Virus record (IMG/VR): IMGVR_UViG_3300014204_000015 | Coordinates: 9,386-73,385 of that record | Length of the DNA: 64,000 bases | Strand: one strand, 5' to 3' | Source of the DNA: a virus | Lineage: Duplodnaviria; Caudoviricetes | Shown: positions 9,761 through 18,581 of the stretch, in pieces | Position numbering within the stretch: position 1 is the first letter of the stretch | Layout: each line of letters opens with the position of its first letter | Position numbers and translations under genes: made by a program | The notes under the pieces: model-generated | Seen by the model: only the letters and a program-made list of their open reading frames with translations | Told to the model about the DNA's origin: nothing | Databases searched by the model: none

Positions 9761-9972
9761 GGTAATCGTCTCAACTTTCGCTTCACTTTATGGTTACGAC
9801 ATTCGCCAACCCTTACCCCCAAACAATCTACAAAGCGCAGCCCGTAGCGAGTTTGCTCAACCCACTCTTGCACGATAGGTGTAGCTACCGACTGCCCACG
9901 GGGGTGATGAGTGGCTCGGCTAGCCGCTACTCGCTGACGCCATTTACGTCGGTTCTTCTTTCGACAATACAC
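9757..9972 (-). CDS. Small basic hypothetical protein
   Basis: 71 aa; fills the gap between terL and the next gene. Confidence 0.45.
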   Translation of the reverse strand: MYCRKKNRRKWRQRVAASRATHHPRGQSVATPIVQEWVEQTRYGLRFVDCLGVRVGECRNHKVKRKLRRLP

Positions 9973-9973
9973 T

Positions 9974-11551
9974 CTAGGCCGCTCCTGCTCTAGGCCTTCG
10001 GGCCTTCTTCACCAAACCGTAGTAACAAAGCACCGCTGAGTCCAGCTCGTCGGGGCTATGGCCTATCATGTCCACCATCGTCTTGACTGTGCTGCTCTCG
10101 GAGGTTGGGGGTTTATGCTTTGGAGGTAACCACAATCGCCCTTCCTTGTCGTACAATTTAGGTATGACTCGCATCTGATCCATGAGGTCAACCATCTCTT
10201 CGGGGATACCGAAGCCTGCTTCATTCCTCGCAGGGTCTAGGACGTTCGACAAGAGGCCGTACATCTCAGCACGCCTATTGAAATAAGTATACCTCTCTTC
10301 GTCTTCCAGCTTCCGAGTTTCCAACGTAGTCAACCCCCGCTTCTTCTCAGGGGTCACAGTTTCCCCAAAGCCCACAGTCCTTACAGCGTAGCCCTCTCGC
10401 CGCATAATGTCTGCGTGTTCCTTACCTCCTCCCCCTCGGTCAAATAGTACGTTCACAGGGTCCACCTTGTATTCCTGGAGAAGAGCAATCGTGTCTCCGA
10501 CGATCACCGACGTATCCGCCGTGCGCTTTACGATCTGCTTGATGAAGCCTAGGGAATCCCCTACTGTCCAAACCGTATTGTCGCCCCCTTCGGCCGGGTC
10601 TACACCAATCGCTCGTCCAGCTCGATGGCCATACAATAGTCGCAAAGCCTTCGCCCGCTCGTTAGCCCGGGTTAGCCGCTCTAGAGGATATAGCTTGATC
10701 TCGTCACCTTCATAGAAATCAGCGTCATGGCTTACGCACTTCTGGATCGGGTCCCAGAGGACTAGTTCCTTCTTGTACTGCTTGTAGCTCTTGACCCCAG
10801 GAATGATGATCTCATCCGTAGCCTTAGAGCCCTTCGCCTCTTGGATCATCCCTAAGCGTACGTTGGGGCTATCCTTGGCTCGTATCCGAATCACCCGCCG
10901 ATAGTAGCCTGAGCCGTCCTCTCTTGGTAAGTTTCCTCCAGGAATCTTGTTGGCGATATCTCCCTTAACTGCTTTGTAGAAGAAGTTGGTACAAGGCCAG
11001 GTATTCCCAATAATCAGAATCCGGTTAGCCCAAGTACGTCCCATAGTGTAAAATGCATTGTTGACGCTACTCGCTTCATCGACTACAAAGAGGGTCCTAG
11101 GCACACCATCGCCAGTATTAGCAATATGGTGGCCCTGCATTGCTGCAATAGTCTGATCGTTCGCTACCAACCCCGTTATATAGCTCAAGGGGCATTTAGC
11201 CCCCTCTACGATCTTGGTGATATTATGATGGTTTAGGACTAGAGGCCCCCCGTGCTTCCAATCCAGGTTGTATTTACACCTACGAATGCAATCCCCGATC
11301 TCACCCCAGAGTACCCGTAGATGGTCATCCTTAGCAGAGGTGGTTACAATCCTACAAGGATGGCGAGTCAAGAAGAACCAAACCACTGCGTAGCCGGCAA
11401 TGAAATCCTTACCAAGCATATTGCCGGCTGGAACCACCGTTTCGTCGTCGTCTCGGAGGGAGTAGAGTATGTCTTTCTGAGGCCCGTAGAAGAGGGTATC
11501 AGGCCAGCCCCATTCGGCTAGAGCGATTGGGTCAATCCCCGTGAAGTTCAT
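9974..11551 (-). CDS. terL: Terminase large subunit
   Basis: Walker A-like AGNMLGKD, Walker B LFVVDEAS, nuclease GVDPAEGGDNTVW and C-terminal SPDELDS; upstream of portal. Confidence 0.9.
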   Translation of the reverse strand: MNFTGIDPIALAEWGWPDTLFYGPQKDILYSLRDDDETVVPAGNMLGKDFIAGYAVVWFFLTRHPCRIVTTSAKDDHLRVLWGEIGDCIRRCKYNLDWKHGGPLVLNHHNITKIVEGAKCPLSYITGLVANDQTIAAMQGHHIANTGDGVPRTLFVVDEASSVNNAFYTMGRTWANRILIIGNTWPCTNFFYKAVKGDIANKIPGGNLPREDGSGYYRRVIRIRAKDSPNVRLGMIQEAKGSKATDEIIIPGVKSYKQYKKELVLWDPIQKCVSHDADFYEGDEIKLYPLERLTRANERAKALRLLYGHRAGRAIGVDPAEGGDNTVWTVGDSLGFIKQIVKRTADTSVIVGDTIALLQEYKVDPVNVLFDRGGGGKEHADIMRREGYAVRTVGFGETVTPEKKRGLTTLETRKLEDEERYTYFNRRAEMYGLLSNVLDPARNEAGFGIPEEMVDLMDQMRVIPKLYDKEGRLWLPPKHKPPTSESSTVKTMVDMIGHSPDELDSAVLCYYGLVKKARRPRAGAA

Positions 11552-12194
11552 TACTCACCTTATATATCTCACGTAGAAATGATAGACCCTGTTCCTTCAG
11601 CTGCCTGGTCCGCTCCCGCGTTAGGCCTAGTTCCTTACCAGCACTAACCAGCGTGTCTTCTTTGAGGAAGTAGGTCGTGATGACTACCCGGAGCCTATAG
11701 GGTAATTGAGCTACGTGTTCTCGCAGCTGCTCGATTTCATCTGGGTCGTATGGGGATTCGTAAACCGGGGCTTCTTGATCGTCCCAATCGCTTAGGGGTT
11801 GGGTAAGGTAGAACACCCCCTTCATCTTAGGAATTTGAGGGACACGAATCAGGTCGCTGTAGTACATCGCTCGAAGGATATGGCCCTTGATATAGAACGT
11901 GATGTAGGTAGTCCAATTTCCCTTTGAGGCCCGATACTTCTTCGAGCGAATCCCGTCGCAGATACCCTCGATGCCTGCTAGGATTAGCTCGTGGATTAGA
12001 TTGACATCCCTACCCCGACGGGCCCTAGCAGCTAACCTCGCAGCGTGATGAACGGCCATACCGGCTACGGACCAATAGAGTCGTTCATAGGCCTCTTGAT
12101 CCCCCTTCGTAGCACGCTTGTAGATAGCCGTCACTTCCTTTTGAGGAATCGGCTTGTAGTGCTTCTTGATGTCCTGGAGGAGAGTGTCGATCAT
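11532..12194 (-). CDS. Sigma70-family RNA polymerase sigma factor
   Basis: Region 2-like LIHELILAGIEGI...NWTTYITFYIKGHI; region 4 HTH TLVSAGKELGLTRERTRQLKEQGL. Confidence 0.85.
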   Translation of the reverse strand: MIDTLLQDIKKHYKPIPQKEVTAIYKRATKGDQEAYERLYWSVAGMAVHHAARLAARARRGRDVNLIHELILAGIEGICDGIRSKKYRASKGNWTTYITFYIKGHILRAMYYSDLIRVPQIPKMKGVFYLTQPLSDWDDQEAPVYESPYDPDEIEQLREHVAQLPYRLRVVITTYFLKEDTLVSAGKELGLTRERTRQLKEQGLSFLREIYKVSNELHGD

Positions 12195-12775
12195 TGGCCT
12201 TGTTCCTTTAGTAGCCGCTGTTCGATTGGGTCTACGTCGATAATCTTGGAGTGATCGCGGTAGAGGGCGTCGAAGTCGATAGTGAGCTTGGTCTCATTCT
12301 TCTGCGCCTCAAAGAGGCCCTTATGCCTCATCGCCAAGTCCAGGGCCGCTGCTAGAGGCATCAGCCTAACCTCTGTCTCCAGTATCTCCACGACGGTACC
12401 ATCATCCTCAGTATACCGCCGCGATATTTTCTGCTTAAATCCATCAATTGCCGCTGCTTCTCTTGGATCCAAATTCAGTAGATGCTGAGGATCAATAACC
12501 CCGTCCTCAGTGAGCAACTTCAAAGCATCCCTGGTTACGCAAGCCCATAGTCTCCAGATAATCTCGTGTCGCTGAATCTCAAACTGTTCGCGGTCTTTCT
12601 TCTGGAAAAACTCAATAGCAAGTTTCACGTTTGGACTGGCTAATAACTTGCTAGCCGCCACTGCTGAAGTGCGTTTGGAATAACCAGCTTTAACAGCAGA
12701 CTCAGCACCCTTACCACTGAGTAAATATTCCAATACAAAACGGCTTTGGCGATCAGTCAATTGTAGATCATTCAT
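12191..12775 (-). CDS. terS: Terminase small subunit
   Basis: LTDRQSRFVLEYL...AESAVKAGYSKRTSAVAASKLL, typical TerS N-terminus. Confidence 0.9.
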   Translation of the reverse strand: MNDLQLTDRQSRFVLEYLLSGKGAESAVKAGYSKRTSAVAASKLLASPNVKLAIEFFQKKDREQFEIQRHEIIWRLWACVTRDALKLLTEDGVIDPQHLLNLDPREAAAIDGFKQKISRRYTEDDGTVVEILETEVRLMPLAAALDLAMRHKGLFEAQKNETKLTIDFDALYRDHSKIIDVDPIEQRLLKEQGQ

Positions 12776-12844
12776 TAACCAACATTACCTCCTTCCCACT
12801 ATATACTAGTCAAGTGAAACTTTCCCAAATCAGGTCGCAAGCGG

Positions 12845-13114
12845 TCAACAGGTAGCGGTAGAGGTTCTACTACCCACAGGGATTCCACATGACCTCAAAT
12901 CCCTCAAAGAATCGGGGTGTATGTAAATCCTCCCGAAGACAATGAAGATAGCGGGCTGATCGGTGGTTACGCTTCTACCAAACCCTAATTGCTTGGCCCA
13001 CACCTCATCGCTCTCTTCGTACTCCACGAATCGATCTGGGGGGAACTCCCACCGTGTAGCATATCGCGGTAGGTTGGGATCAGTAAACACTGGGATAGAT
13101 AATAAGCTCATCAT
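12845..13114 (-). CDS. Hypothetical protein
   Basis: ORF; start placed at ATG 13114, directly after AGGAGCGAA. Confidence 0.55.
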   Translation of the reverse strand: MMSLLSIPVFTDPNLPRYATRWEFPPDRFVEYEESDEVWAKQLGFGRSVTTDQPAIFIVFGRIYIHPDSLRDLRSCGIPVGSRTSTATC

Positions 13115-13121
13115 TTCGCTC

Positions 13122-13385
13122 CTAAGGTACAAGCACCAGAATCATAGCTCTCCTGCGACTCATTCCTGCGCGTCGCAGAAACCGATAGTCGTTGAGAAGT
13201 ATTATAGCCACCCGGCGCATTAACAACGTCTCGGCACTACTACTACTCCCAACCCAAGACGTTACTACCAAGTAACTATAAACCGCAAGGAAGGGGAAGA
13301 CACTACTATACCAAATACCTAGGCAATCGCTCCTAACAAACTGTAGGTAAGCATCCAGTAGGTCATTCCCCTTCCTAACGATCAT
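13122..13385 (-). CDS. Hypothetical protein, possibly membrane-associated
   Basis: ORF from MIVRKG; hydrophobic central segment. Confidence 0.35.
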   Translation of the reverse strand: MIVRKGNDLLDAYLQFVRSDCLGIWYSSVFPFLAVYSYLVVTSWVGSSSSAETLLMRRVAIILLNDYRFLRRAGMSRRRAMILVLVP

Positions 13386-13387
13386 GG

Positions 13388-13720
13388 CTACAACTCCTCC
13401 GCGAAAAGAGTCAAGAATAGCTTCTTGAATCGAGCGGTAGTGTGTTCGCAACAACTCTGGAGGTCCATGATACGTTTCATCTCACGCCGTACCAGCTCCT
13501 TGGAGGCGTACCAGCCATCATCGGTCTCAATCAGATCCATCTTCACAGGGGCGATTTCATAATCAAAATGAGCCCAATTCCACTGAGGGATGGGGCATAA
13601 TTCCCAGACGTTAGTACAGCCCTTCTCCCGGCATCGAATCTTCTTGCCGTCCAAGAAGGCCTGCATCACTACAATCTTCTCCGAGGTCCTGAGATTGCTA
13701 CGGCCCTTCTCTGACATCAT
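13388..13720 (-). CDS. Hypothetical phage protein
   Basis: 110 aa; AGGAGCGAA-ATG start; DGKKI...PQWNW...DYEI segment common in phage proteins. Confidence 0.6.
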   Translation of the reverse strand: MMSEKGRSNLRTSEKIVVMQAFLDGKKIRCREKGCTNVWELCPIPQWNWAHFDYEIAPVKMDLIETDDGWYASKELVRREMKRIMDLQSCCEHTTARFKKLFLTLFAEEL

Positions 13721-13728
13721 TTCGCTCC

Positions 13729-14061
13729 TTAGGGTAATTCAGGTAATTCCCGTATCATCGGGGCCAAAGTAGCCTCACTCGAAGGGTACTCATGACCGTT
13801 GAGACAAATGTCGACACCATTCCTATTCCGACTGACTCCTATTTCGCCGCACTTAGGGCAAAAGCCATAAGGGTTTCGCATCATACCCTTAGGCTCTGTC
13901 TTCTTCCGCTCAGCTGCTACCTCTTGGGTCATCTTCGCTAATTCTACGCTCAGCAGCGTGGTCTCAACCCGCGTTCGATCCGTGAGGGCTACCAGGTATT
14001 CTCTCGCCGCTCGGAGAGTCTCCCGAACCGTAACCCGTGTATCGCTATCCAGTTCCATCAA
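13729..14061 (-). CDS. Hypothetical protein with Zn-finger (CPKC...CLNGH)
   Basis: 110 aa; RBS AGGAGA; TATAAT on the minus strand at 14097-14102 upstream. Confidence 0.6.
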   Translation of the reverse strand: MMELDSDTRVTVRETLRAAREYLVALTDRTRVETTLLSVELAKMTQEVAAERKKTEPKGMMRNPYGFCPKCGEIGVSRNRNGVDICLNGHEYPSSEATLAPMIRELPELP

Positions 14062-14123
14062 TTTCTCCTTCTCCTATTTGCCTAATACGGGAATAGATTA
14101 TACTTAGTCTCGGGAAAATATTA

Positions 14124-14155
14124 TTACTTAATTACTATATATAGTAATTAAGTAA
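14124..14155. repeat. Perfect 32-bp AT-rich palindrome
   Basis: TTACTTAATTACTATATATAGTAATTAAGTAA equals its own reverse complement. Confidence 0.95.
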
Positions 14156-14276
14156 AGGCCAATATGGAAAAATCAACTTCCAAAGGCCTTAACAAACTCT
14201 CGGAAGGCTCGGTTAGCCCTTTCCCTCTCTCCCAGAACGGAATGTACTTGATTTCCTGATTGGTAAGTCTAGCCAT
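14148..14276 (-). CDS. Small 42-aa ORF below the track cutoff
   Basis: MARLTNQEIKYIPFWERGKGLTEPSESLLRPLEVDFSILAFT*; AGGAGCGAA RBS; overlaps the helicase stop. Confidence 0.45.
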   Translation of the reverse strand: MARLTNQEIKYIPFWERGKGLTEPSESLLRPLEVDFSILAFT

Positions 14277-15660
14277 TGCTTCGCTCCTTGACTACGCTAT
14301 TGTAAAGAACCTGTAAACGCTCGGTCAATCTCCAACGCTCCCCGCCTACCACTCCCTTCACGACGAGTTTGAAGGGTTCTACGACTCCGATTCGCTTGAG
14401 GAATAGAAGTAGCTTTCGGCACTCGGCCATTCCTAGCGATATCTCCCCCGATATTGTTTTGCTCTGTACTCCTGCCTCCCCACGAGCATCAATAGAGCGC
14501 ACTATGTCTAAGGTTCTCCCTCGGGCCGTATCCAGAGCCACTCGACGTACCCGATTCAAAACCTCCTCATCCACTTCGCTCTTATTGAATACAAACGCTA
14601 AGCACTTGGCTAACCTTACGTGCTGACTAACCAGTCGGGCCCCGAATTCCCTCTCAGCGTTCTCCTCCTGATGCTCCGACGGTCTTGCCCTTAGGTAAGC
14701 CACGAGTAGGCCCATCTGAACTATCGCCCGTTTGGCTGAGGTAGGTGTGTCAATCGCTTCGAGTCCCTTGGCAGCGTTCTGCCGTAGGTGATCAATATAC
14801 CCTCCAGTAAGGCTCATGGCCTTCGCCAACTCGGGCTCATATTGAGTCTCGGCTTTCCCGTTCGCCTCTATGGCTAGGTTCCGCTCGGCTCGGTTGACTA
14901 CCCGCCAAAGAATCTCCTCCTCCAAGTCGTAATCGATCTGTTCCATGATCACGCAATCTAGGAACCGTTCGCCTAGCTCCGACGAATCGATTGACCGGAG
15001 GGAAGAAGTCCCCGCGAGAATCCAGGTCATGCGCACGCCTTCATAGTCCCGGCTTATGGCGTTACGGTAGTGGGTCCGCGAAACCGAATCGTAGAGGTCG
15101 CGGGCCTCACTTAGTATTTGGCCCAGATTGGGAGATTGAAGAAGCGTATCACCGTCTTTGGTCACTAGGGTCTTTCCCCGTAGCTGGCTAATCAAAGACA
15201 CATCCCCGTCGTCTCCCCCACCTTCCATCTTGAAACCGCTATGGAATCCCCGAATCGTACTCTTGGCTAGTACATATTCGGTATTCACCGAAAGGGCTTC
15301 ACACAATGTCGATTTTCCACACGCTGCTGGGCCAATTACCTTAATCCAGAGTTGGTCGCCAATCGCCTTCGTAGAGGCTACCGCCGCCAACATCGTAGCA
15401 AGAGCGTGGTCTAGACCTTCTGTCCATCGTAGGGCTTTCCTCCAGGAGTTAATTAGCTCACGGTAGCTACAGCAGGGAGTAAGAGCTAGGCCGGGCCGAG
15501 AGGGACGGCTAGCAGGCGTTTTTACCCACTCCTCAGGCACGGGCTCTAGAAGGTCCAGCAGCTTCTTTAGCGCAAATAAACGCTGGGCTACGGTGCGTAG
15601 GTTTGATTCGGGAAGGGTATCGCTAGGAGCAATAGGCACGGTGACCTCCGGGAGCATCAA
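14269..15660 (-). CDS. AAA+ ATPase, putative replicative helicase (MCM/SF3-like)
   Basis: Walker A GPAACGKST, Walker B region TLVTKDG, sensor WILAGT, Arg-finger-like LGERF; downstream of primase. Confidence 0.7.
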   Translation of the reverse strand: MMLPEVTVPIAPSDTLPESNLRTVAQRLFALKKLLDLLEPVPEEWVKTPASRPSRPGLALTPCCSYRELINSWRKALRWTEGLDHALATMLAAVASTKAIGDQLWIKVIGPAACGKSTLCEALSVNTEYVLAKSTIRGFHSGFKMEGGGDDGDVSLISQLRGKTLVTKDGDTLLQSPNLGQILSEARDLYDSVSRTHYRNAISRDYEGVRMTWILAGTSSLRSIDSSELGERFLDCVIMEQIDYDLEEEILWRVVNRAERNLAIEANGKAETQYEPELAKAMSLTGGYIDHLRQNAAKGLEAIDTPTSAKRAIVQMGLLVAYLRARPSEHQEENAEREFGARLVSQHVRLAKCLAFVFNKSEVDEEVLNRVRRVALDTARGRTLDIVRSIDARGEAGVQSKTISGEISLGMAECRKLLLFLKRIGVVEPFKLVVKGVVGGERWRLTERLQVLYNSVVKERSNG

Positions 15661-15691
15661 GTAATCGTAGTGGAATCCCTAATTATAGGGG

Positions 15692-16204
15692 TCAAAACGG
15701 GGGTAGTGCCGACGCTCGAAGCCGTCCGTCACAAAAATCAAGCCAAAGGTCATGAGTCCCTTGCCGGATTATCTTGGAGGCAAATTGTATATCCCGTTTG
15801 CTCCAAGTACGGGCCGCTGGATGAGGCATATAAATTGTTCGGTATTCCAAATTCAGATTCCTTATCTGGTCATAGGTGCTTTGGGCTATTCGACCGCAAA
15901 CGAGTAGCAATTCAAACGGATACAACAGCAGTAGGTTCTCGCGGGTCCAATCGGTTTCGGGCTTGCCTTTATCTCGGGCAGACTTAACCAATTGAGGACA
16001 AGTATTCGTTACGAGTAAGTCAGAATGCCCTATGAGTTTGTAGAGCATCTTACCGCTCTTGTTCTCGGGGTTAATACGGAAGCATCGAGGGGCTTCAGCA
16101 AGGTAGTTAGGGTTGGCCATTGAGGTCTTCATTCGCCAATCCCACATCACATCGAGTAGTGCAACAACCTTAGTCACTGGAATTCCGGCCTTACGTATTA
16201 CCAT
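15692..16204 (-). CDS. Uracil-DNA-glycosylase-superfamily-like protein
   Basis: LLLVCGRIA and YMPHPAARTW resemble UDG-fold C-terminal motifs. Confidence 0.5.
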   Translation of the reverse strand: MVIRKAGIPVTKVVALLDVMWDWRMKTSMANPNYLAEAPRCFRINPENKSGKMLYKLIGHSDLLVTNTCPQLVKSARDKGKPETDWTRENLLLLYPFELLLVCGRIAQSTYDQIRNLNLEYRTIYMPHPAARTWSKRDIQFASKIIRQGTHDLWLDFCDGRLRASALPPF

Positions 16205-17085
16205 TGGCTTAGAACATCCCGTACATCGAAGCCTGACTTGAGTTTCGGATCGTAGTAGCTTTCGCCCCCACTACCCCAATGAAGGTAGTTAATGACTGCC
16301 GGAGGCTTAGAGTAGCTCGTAAGCAATCCCACTACCCGCCGTAGCCCCAAGAGGGCTCCTGGAGGAATGAGAGCCCCGGTGGTTTTGTTCAGGGCCGGAA
16401 GGTCGTTGTCGAACATTAAGTTGACTGTCTTCCCCGAGAAGAGGCTACACCACTGCTCGCGGAAAGAAGTACATCCCGGGATAGCAATCACGTTAGCCTC
16501 TGATAACATGTTACGGTTACTAGCCGTCTCCCGAGGCATACCGTTCTCGTCCCAACGCCCTCGCTTCATCGTCTCCCATAAGGCCATACCATCCCAGGGA
16601 CCCTCGCAAAGGTAGACGGTCGGCTTATCCGGGTCGTAGAGGCTCATCCCGAAGATACCATGAGGCAATCCGGTAGTGCCGAGGGGCCGCTTCTTCCCGC
16701 CCGCTCGAACATAGCGGTAGAGCTGGCGCACCTTCCCCGCCGTATTGTAGCCGGGAATCATCCAGCAATTACGGTAGGGAGAGTAACAACACCCCCACTC
16801 CATGATCGTATCGGGCATAAGCCCTCTATCAACCGCTAGAGAGTTGTAGTCAGAAGTACGGGAATCAAGAGACTCCCATAACTTCTCGATGAATACCTCT
16901 GCGTTACCTCCTCCCTTCTCGTTTCCGACGGCGCAAGAAAGACAACGGAACATGCCTTTCTTCTCGTTGACCGAGAACTTTGAACCGCCGCAGAATAGAC
17001 ATAATCCAACATGCTCTTCGCCGGATTGGGAATCGAAAGTAACACCTTGGCATAGGTAAGGGTCCAGTAGGGATTTCTCAGCCAT
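16198..17085 (-). CDS. DNA primase (Zn finger + TOPRIM)
   Basis: CLFCGG...FRCLSC zinc finger; TOPRIM VYLCEGPWDG and LMFDND. Confidence 0.85.
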   Translation of the reverse strand: MAEKSLLDPYLCQGVTFDSQSGEEHVGLCLFCGGSKFSVNEKKGMFRCLSCAVGNEKGGGNAEVFIEKLWESLDSRTSDYNSLAVDRGLMPDTIMEWGCCYSPYRNCWMIPGYNTAGKVRQLYRYVRAGGKKRPLGTTGLPHGIFGMSLYDPDKPTVYLCEGPWDGMALWETMKRGRWDENGMPRETASNRNMLSEANVIAIPGCTSFREQWCSLFSGKTVNLMFDNDLPALNKTTGALIPPGALLGLRRVVGLLTSYSKPPAVINYLHWGSGGESYYDPKLKSGFDVRDVLSQW

Positions 17086-17093
17086 TACGCCTC

Positions 17094-17585
17094 CTAGAGG
17101 GTATCACTAGTGGGTGGTGTTCGAGGTTCAGCCTTCAGTGAATTGTCAGTTGTCAAGGTTTCTGACTCAAGCACGGCACGCTCGGCTGCGCGGTCACGGT
17201 TCTCCTCCGCAGCCAACGTGTCGGTGTACCGATCAGGGTATCGCTGCCGTAGCTTGGCGATGTTAGCAGCCATGACCTCGCCCATATCAAAACCGAGAGC
17301 GTTACACATCTCAGCCGTGTACCAAAGGAGGTCACCTAGTTCCTCCTTCACATTGACAAGGTCCAGAGGCTTCCCGTAGTATATCCACCGCTCGATGGCT
17401 GCCGAGATTTCTCCCGCCTCCCCGGAGATTCCCATAGCCGCGTGGTTGGCTCGAATCGGGATGAGTTTGTTTTGGACCAACTCATCGTGACAATCGTAAG
17501 GCCGAAAGGCCATCATCCGATCACGAGCAGCCCATTGATCACACTCGGTACGTGACGCCAGTTGTTGATACTCTCTTGGATCCAT
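17094..17585 (-). CDS. MazG-like nucleotide pyrophosphohydrolase
   Basis: MGISGEAGEI...KEELGDLLWY. Confidence 0.85.
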   Translation of the reverse strand: MDPREYQQLASRTECDQWAARDRMMAFRPYDCHDELVQNKLIPIRANHAAMGISGEAGEISAAIERWIYYGKPLDLVNVKEELGDLLWYTAEMCNALGFDMGEVMAANIAKLRQRYPDRYTDTLAAEENRDRAAERAVLESETLTTDNSLKAEPRTPPTSDTL

Positions 17586-17596
17586 TAGTAGCTCCT

Positions 17597-18022
17597 TTAG
17601 TCAATATGCTTCCAGGTTTTTCGTCGAACAATTGCACTAATAAGAGTTTGGTTTACGCCATACTCGTCAGCGAGTCGTTGTTGAGAATACTTTCTGGGCT
17701 TATATTTCCTCCTAATGGTCTTGATGTCTTCGCTGGTTAGTTTAGCCATTGGCTGACTTTCGCCCTTGAGTGAACGGCCTTTAGCAACCATGTCGTCCAT
17801 ATTATCCTGGAGAGTACCCAAGAACCCCTCTGGTATGGGTCCGAAGTGTATCTCCCAACTAATACGGTGGGCCAAATACTCTCCACTGCTTACGGATAGC
17901 ATACCATAGTCACAGGCCCCGTGATTAGAATCAAACAACCAGCACCCATCGACCTGTTTCTTAACTTTAGCCCAAAATCTTATGTCTCTGGATTTTGGAG
18001 GTCTTCCCCGGCTAGTACCCAT
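17597..18022 (-). pseudogene. HNH homing endonuclease with in-frame deletion of the catalytic core
   Basis: RFWAKV...GCWLF...AHRISWEIHFGPIPEG joined directly to FLGTLQDNMDDMVAKGR; the CH-x-CDNP-x-CVNP-x-HL core present in the 28365 paralog is absent. Confidence 0.7.
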
Positions 18023-18581
18023 ACCTAACCTCCCAGAAAACAGTGTTATGACCGGGGACAGTTCCCCAACAAGTCGAAAACGCAGAGAACTCAACGACAT
18101 GGCCAGGATACTCCTCCAGGAGATACTCTAGCCATTGATAGCTTAGGTCATTCATCGACCGTTGAACTAATAGTTTAGCCGCTAGGCCCCGGAGGCTTAT
18201 AGGCCGCTTCCGTAAGGCCTTTCGCATCGGCATACTCCAGCAGTTCCGGGCTCCATAGAACTCCCAGCCCCAAACACCCTCCATGACTTCACCTTGGAGT
18301 ACATTAAGGTGGTGGGGGGCCATTGCGCTGATGTAGACCTTCTCCCCGAGGGACTGCGCGGCGTACCACTTGACGGGTACCTTCTTATGACAAACGTCGT
18401 ACCACGTAGGCCCTCCTGCCCGACGGTTACGGATATGGTAGCGTTGATCCAGGCCCATACGTAACCAGGGCCTATCCTCTAGCCACTCATCGAGGGTATT
18501 CCAAGTAGGAGAGTGATTACCGAATTCAGAGGCTTTGTACCGCAACACGAAGTCTCGCTTTGATAGTACCGGCTCATGCAT
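18012..18581 (-). CDS. Hypothetical protein in the base-modification operon
   Basis: Start placed at MHEPVL (RBS GGGAGG), coupled to the stop of the dUMP hydroxymethylase gene. Confidence 0.6.
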   Translation of the reverse strand: MHEPVLSKRDFVLRYKASEFGNHSPTWNTLDEWLEDRPWLRMGLDQRYHIRNRRAGGPTWYDVCHKKVPVKWYAAQSLGEKVYISAMAPHHLNVLQGEVMEGVWGWEFYGARNCWSMPMRKALRKRPISLRGLAAKLLVQRSMNDLSYQWLEYLLEEYPGHVVEFSAFSTCWGTVPGHNTVFWEVRYGY

